Shown one piece after another: positions 57,071 through 64,000 of a stretch of DNA of 64,000 nucleotides (positions are counted from its first letter, which is position 1; every line of letters begins with the position of its first letter). The position numbers and the translations under genes are program-made. Source of the stretch: Eledone cirrhosa (lineage: Eukaryota); NCBI GenBank assembly GCA_964016885.1, contig OZ024742.1, positions 157,914,001 to 157,978,000 on the forward strand, read 5' to 3'. The notes under the pieces are model-generated. The model worked only from the letters and a program-made list of their open reading frames with translations, was not told where the DNA came from and made no database searches.

Positions 57071-58415
57071 ACAATTCATTATTTTTACTTTTTCACTTTT
57101 TATTTTGAATCCAGTCCTTATCCTTAGGATTCAAGAAGTTTTGACTTGTATATTTATAGTATATATCTATTAAATGATCCTATTATAATAATTGATCTAA
57201 AACATTAATTTTAACAATAACTTATTTATTGTATTGTATTATGTTATGTCTAATTGAGAGGTATCATCTTAATCTTTAGACAATATAATCTTTGTGTATT
57301 TTTTGGATAAACGCATATATATAATTTAATAATCAAACTTTTCAAAGTTTAATTATAAGGCCTGTTGATCCTTTGACAATTCAAATTGTTAATCTTAAAA
57401 TTCTTTAAACATTATAACTGTAATTATTTTCTAAGTTATATAATGTAAACTATTTTCTATATAATATAAATAATTTAATATTATATAATAAATTTAGTAA
57501 AGTTTACCTTCGTGAGGATGTTAAAACATTATGTTTTCTTTCTCGTGATTGTAAATCCTTTAAATTTGATTTCATAAAATTTGACTTTATGAATTAAATA
57601 TGATAGTATACTTTAATATTAATACAGACATTTATTAACTTTTATAACCTAAAATATTATTCATTACTCTGAACTAACTTAAATTAAATGATTTGTATGT
57701 TAGCGGTCAACCAGATATGTTCGGATATATATTGTGTATATAGATAATTATCTAAAGTGATGGTATTAACCTTCATATGAATACACCCAATTATATTTAA
57801 AATTTCGATTGATGAATAATTTTAGGTAATTCAAGAATTCAATGAATTGACTTTTTTGGCTTTTTCCTAAAGCTAAGCCTAAATGTTGTTCTAATTAATA
57901 TCTCCCTATAAAAATTATTCCTCTTTATCTCTCTCTCTGTAATCAACTCTCTTTTGATTTCTATGATCTTACTAGCTATATTATCCCCTCATATATTTCT
58001 TTCTCTATGCCTTTCTTTTCTTTCCTCTTTCTTCGGTAATTTAAATTATTTGAATCTCTAACAGTTATATTGCTGCTATGTATTTTTTAAGCTTTCTCAC
58101 ATGCACCCTCTCTATTATATGTATTATATGTAGGTTTATTTCATGTTTCAATATTAATGTATAAATATTGAGTTTTATCATATATTACTCACTACCATGA
58201 CTGAATCTTAACCATCTACTATGTCAGGGTATGTCATCCATCATCTTATTTTATCTGATGAGGACGTACTCTTGAAGTTAACCCAGTACCTCTAAAATAT
58301 GTATAATAAAATATACTTGATCACAAGAATATCAATTTTCTTAATATTTTGAATATAATATATATATATATATATATATATTTAGTTATGTAATAAACAA
58401 CCTAAGGCAATTATA

Positions 58416-58472
58416 TCATTTACCAGTGGTTTCTTGAAAGCAAAGAAATTTTGCTTTCCATCATCAGAATGA
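58416..58472 (-). ncRNA. Hammerhead ribozyme
   Basis: tcatt-CTGATGA-[gaaagcaaa/tttgctttc]-GAAA-cc act gg-TA-aatga. Confidence 0.8.
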
Positions 58473-58574
58473 AAAAATCCTGGTGTATTTATTGACATGG
58501 GATTTTAAAAGCAAAAATATAATCTATATGAAAGTGAGGCTGGAAAAGGAAGAAGGAAAGGAAAAATAAACACA

Positions 58575-59409
<835 letters not shown>

Positions 59410-59534
59410 TGCCCCCTCGTTATCGAGTATGGCCATTGCACGAGAAGAAGAAAAATAATAAATAAATAAAATAAAATAAAAAAAATAAAAATAAAAAATA
59501 ATAATAATAATAAATAAATTTAAAAAAAATAAAA

Positions 59535-59601
<67 letters not shown>

Positions 59602-59660
59602 CATACATATATACATACACACATACATACACATACACTCACACATATACACACACATAT

Positions 59661-59696
<36 letters not shown>

Positions 59697-59699
<3 letters not shown>

Positions 59700-60108
59700 C
59701 TGGAACACAATAGACCTGACCTGGTGGTTGTGGACAAAGAAAAAAGATCGTGTCTGATTGTGGATGTGGCCTGCCCTTTCGACACGAGAGTGCAAGAGAA
59801 GGAGAGGGAGAAAATTAACCGATACCAGGACCTAAAGTGGGAGGTGAAAAGGATTTGGAACTGCCATGAAGTCAAAGTGATCCCGATTGTCATAGGCGCA
59901 CTGGGGACTATCTCCAAAAGTTTCCAGGGATGGTTAAAGAAAATCGGCCCCTTCACGCTTTTTGGAACGCTTCAAAAGGCATGCTTGCTGGGAACAGCAA
60001 GAACCCTCCGATACGTCCTGAATATCTGAGGCTGCAGGTAGTGGCTTGATATTCATTCCAACGGACTTTCCAGTTAACCAACATCAATGACTGAGATTCA
60101 AGGAATAA
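59697..60108 (+). mobile_element. 3' end of Dong/R4-like LINE (REL endonuclease) inserted in (TAA)n
   Basis: HNRPDLVVVDK...IVDVACP......KEREK...Y..L...PIVIGALG...LQKACLLGTA; (TAA)n on both sides. Confidence 0.88.
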
Positions 60109-60112
60109 CAAC

Positions 60113-60149
<37 letters not shown>

Positions 60150-60265
60150 GCAATAATAATAATAATAACGACAACAACAATAATAATATACATATTCATA
60201 TATATATACACACACACGCACGCACATAAGCATATCTACACACACACACACACACACGATAGCAA

Positions 60266-61855
60266 CTAACAGTGCTGCGATCGAATGTGGCTTTTTAGTC
60301 CAGCCAATGATCTAAAATGTCTTGCACAGAGTCGGCAACCAAAACATTCACTGGGAATAGTCGGCTGTGGTTGGAGTTCGTGTACTTTTGCATGTCGCTT
60401 GAGCCCTCCTGCTGATTTACATTCTCTACCACATGTTTGGCAAGCATGATGAGTAGCATCTCCAACAGCAGCCTGGTAGTCAACCACTGGTCTTACTTTA
60501 TTACTGCGAAGATGACTTTCGAGTCCAGCTTTGCTTAGGCAGAGTCTCGCACAGACGCTGCATGTCAGCACCATAGGAGGACCCTTGCCGTCTGGAGTTG
60601 CAACAGCAATGCCCTTCCTCCCGTCCCGCTTTACTTTCTCGTGTGCGATTTGAGATGCCTCAAAGGCAACTTTTCCCTCATATACAGTCTTTCTCCATTT
60701 ATTACGATCAGCAGCAATATTTTCCCATGTATCAGCAGAGATGTTAGCGTCTTTCAGAGAGGCTTTCAAGGAATCCTTATACCTCTTTTTTGGTTTATGT
60801 GGCGGTCGTTTTCCTTTAACCAACTCTCCATAGAAGAGTTGTTTTGGTATTCTAGAATCCTTCATCCTGGCAAGGTGACCACTCCAACGGAGTCGTTGCT
60901 TAAGCACAAGAGCTTCTATACTGTCACACATAGAGCTTTCCAAAATCTCGACATCACTGATGTGGTCCCTCCAGTGAACGCCATGGATCCGTCCGAGACA
61001 CATCTGATGGAAACGCTCCAATTGCTTAAGGTGGCGTCGATATGTGACCCAGGTCTAGCAGACATAAAGAAGACAAGAGAGTACACATGCCCTGTACACC
61101 CTTACCTTTGTCCTCCTGCATATGTCTCGCCGATCCCAGAGTCGCCTTTCTAGCTTTCCGAAAGCATCACTTGCTTTCCTAATCCTAAGTGATATTTAAC
61201 TGTCAAGTTGCCGTATCGATCGACAGTGCTTCCCAGGTAGACAAACTGATCAACCACTCCAAGTCGTTTTCCATACACATAGATGCTTGGTTCAGTGTAC
61301 TGCTTACTAGGGGCAGATTGGTACATGACGACGGTTTTCTTGAGACTGACAGTCAAACCCAGGGCAGTGCAAGCGTCAGAAAATGCATTCAAAATGTGCT
61401 GCATATCACTCTCTGTGTGCGCTACAAGATCGCAATCATCTGCATACAAGAGGTCTCTTATGACTGATGTAAATACTTTTGTGTTCGCAGCAAAGCGCCT
61501 GATGTTAAATATGCTGCCTGAGGTTCGATATCGGATGTAAACACCATGCTCGCAATTCCTGAATGCAATACAGAAAACCATTGCAAAGTATATGGCAAAC
61601 AAGGTCGGTGCTGGAATATCCCCCCGTTTCACTCCATTTTTTACTGAGAGAGGCTCCGACATGTTACCTCCGACATTAACCCAAGTCTTCATGTCGTCAT
61701 AGAAAGACCTAACTAAAGCAAGGAACTTATCAGGGCAACCAAGTTTCTGGAGAACCTTCCATAATGCATCTCTGTTGACAGTATCGAAAGCCTTTGTCAG
61801 ATCGACAAAAACCTGATACAGATCCAAGCCTTGTTCAATGCACTTCTCCTGGAGC
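60266..61855 (-). mobile_element. RTE (BovB-like) LINE, 5'-truncated, frameshifted, three C2H2 fingers
   Basis: QEKCIEQ, FVDLTKAFDTV, GVK.G...APTLF, LLYADD, FVYLGS; RLRWSGH..RM...R.PK..FYGEL; three CxxC-x12-H motifs. Confidence 0.92.
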
Positions 61856-62290
61856 ATACATATATACACACGTACATACACACACATACATACACACATA
61901 TATACACGCATGCATACGCATACACAAATATAGATATATGCATACACACCTACATACGCACACACACAAATAATTATAAGAAAAAATATAATAATAAAAA
62001 TACCGTCACATAAGTATAGAAATAAATGTAAAAATTATTATAACGTTGACAGCGATACAGGCAACAAATAAATGAACACGTGGTAAGCAATACACACAAT
62101 TGCACATACACACATACAATAGATTGGAAGCACTCAAAATTAATGGTTTTCCAGAGCTATATATATATATATATTGAGTTATTTTTCCTAAATCTTTCGT
62201 TAACTACTTTTCCCATCTTGACGTTATAGTCGCATATATGTTATAGAATGCCGTTAGCTTCTTGCTAAAACAATCTCTATACCTCTCATT

Positions 62291-62349
<59 letters not shown>

Positions 62350-62433
62350 CTCCGGACAGCCAAAACTGTTGAGTGCTTCCAATCTATTGTAGAACTCATT
62401 CTTTGATTTATTCCTTGAATCTTGTTTAACCTT

Positions 62434-62481
<48 letters not shown>

Positions 62482-63087
62482 TGTGTGCGCGTGTCTGTGT
62501 ATGTATATGTGTATATGTTGGTGATGTTCCGATAAACAAATTAGACGTTCACCGTTTCTTGATTATGCGCCAGACGATTAGCTATAATGTAATTACGTAT
62601 GGAAATGACTATTTCAATTAATTCGAAGCAATGTCATACAATACTTCGTAATTAATTACAATTATGATACTACTAATTGAGATCACGTGTTAAAAAATAA
62701 TAGACTGTTCTTACAGTAACATAATTGAGTCTCCATGAAATTGGGTATGCACTGAAAATGCAGAAATTCTGAACCGTCTTATTTCGAAAATCTTTGATTC
62801 CCTTTAGATACAAAAGTAGTTGGAATCTGCAATATGCTACATATTTCCGTTTAAAAGATTTATTTAGCACCGCTAGTTGGCTAAGTAGTTTTCACATCTA
62901 CATAAACACACATTAACTCAACGTTTTGTATCACGTGCAGCTGTATTAACAAAATACTAAGGAAATATAGTGAACAGCTCTGACTACGTTACATTAGACA
63001 TTTAAGTCGTTACTTTCATACTGCAATGATTTATTCCCTAATAAAGAAACTATAAACATTCAAATTAACAGTCGTACATATAGACAT

Positions 63088-63240
63088 AGGCGACGAATTG
63101 GCAGAATCGTAAGAACATCGAATAGAGTGTTTATTCCTTCCCTCAGCTCTTTCATTTTAAATCCCACCGAGGTCGACTTTGCGTTTCATTCATTCCTGGT
63201 TGATAAATAAGTAGCAGTCTAGTACTGGGAGTTGGTTGTT
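63088..63240 (+). mobile_element. Diverged SINE
   Basis: ggcgacgaattggcagaatcg head and cgaggtcgactttgcgtttcatt...gataaataagtagcagt core. Confidence 0.65.
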
Positions 63241-64000
63241 TCTCTATATATCTTTATCACTTCCATTCTTTCACCCTCTATCCTTCTCTGGAAGAAATCT
63301 GCTGTCCTCAGGCCTGGAAGAGGGATGGGGTCAACCAGATTTAAAAATGCCTTAAGAGATCCCGTATAGGTCCATAACATACCACATAACATACCACGTT
63401 ATAGGTCCTTAACATACCACATTTAAATATGTTTCCTAGAATACTACAAGATTACAGGCTTCTATTATGAACCCCACAAAATTAGTGCTAATTCAAATAA
63501 ATATTACATCGTCAAGCCTGCAAACTATCCAAATGAGCACCTCTAGCATAAGCTCCATAAGAAAATCTCTCTATATATAAGCGACTGCATATTTAGCCCC
63601 AGTAACGAGCTATTTCCGGATTATCGAAGCCGTTTAAAAACGCTATAATATCCGATATGACAGAAAGGGATTATCTGCCTATTAGTCAGTGGAACTCTAA
63701 TGTATGTATATGTGTGTGGGGTGTGATTGAAATAATATCAAAATTTAGGTCTATCTCTGTATCATTACATGGATTACATATTGAATGCCATGTGCCATCT
63801 GAAGACGGCGTGTCAATGATAGTGTCAAGGAATGAGAATGTAGTCATCTTACCACAGAAATACGTATCAAGTATATTGCGTTATTAAAGGAATAGTTAAA
63901 TCAAGTATTTTTGTTGTATTATTGATGTACTTAACTCCGTGAAAGTATACAATATCAAAATTGATAGAATATACATGTCTAGTGTCCTTTCCTTATTACA

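Larger units (their letters stand above)
52697..58354 (-). mobile_element. Hydra-type PLE, 5'-truncated, with ~1.3-kb inverted pseudo-LTR, in TA context
   Basis: Arms ~52701-54518 (with later insertions) and ~57071-58353; HHR at ~52743-52810 (minus; the plus copy near 58255 has TAAA for GAAA). Confidence 0.88.

Overview
Eukaryotic, AT-rich, microsatellite-saturated DNA with no recognisable host gene; the SINE family resembles the Nin-domain tRNA-SINEs of octopus/cephalopods (inference). The window is nearly all mobile elements. (i) Penelope-like elements (PLEs) of at least three protein types, including one uninterrupted 1022-aa RT+GIY-YIG ORF (24887-27955) between ~500-bp inverted pseudo-LTRs. 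(ii) RTE LINEs, one 5'-inverted and one with three C-terminal C2H2 fingers. (iii) R4/Dong-like REL LINE fragments in (TAA)n and (CATA)n. (iv) Helitrons, a mariner remnant and SINEs. The strongest signal is about ten apparently unrelated families of fold-back (palindromic) elements inside (TA)n tracts that carry hammerhead ribozyme (HHR) motifs (CUGANGA...GAAA...UH). In several, the fold-back point coincides with a helix of the ribozyme. Variants include a 165-nt tandem HHR dimer with a built-in antisense arm, a 3.4-kb non-coding element with three HHRs, and an HHR with a ~105-nt stem II. All HHR folds and alignments were done by eye, and coordinates of degenerate elements are approximate.
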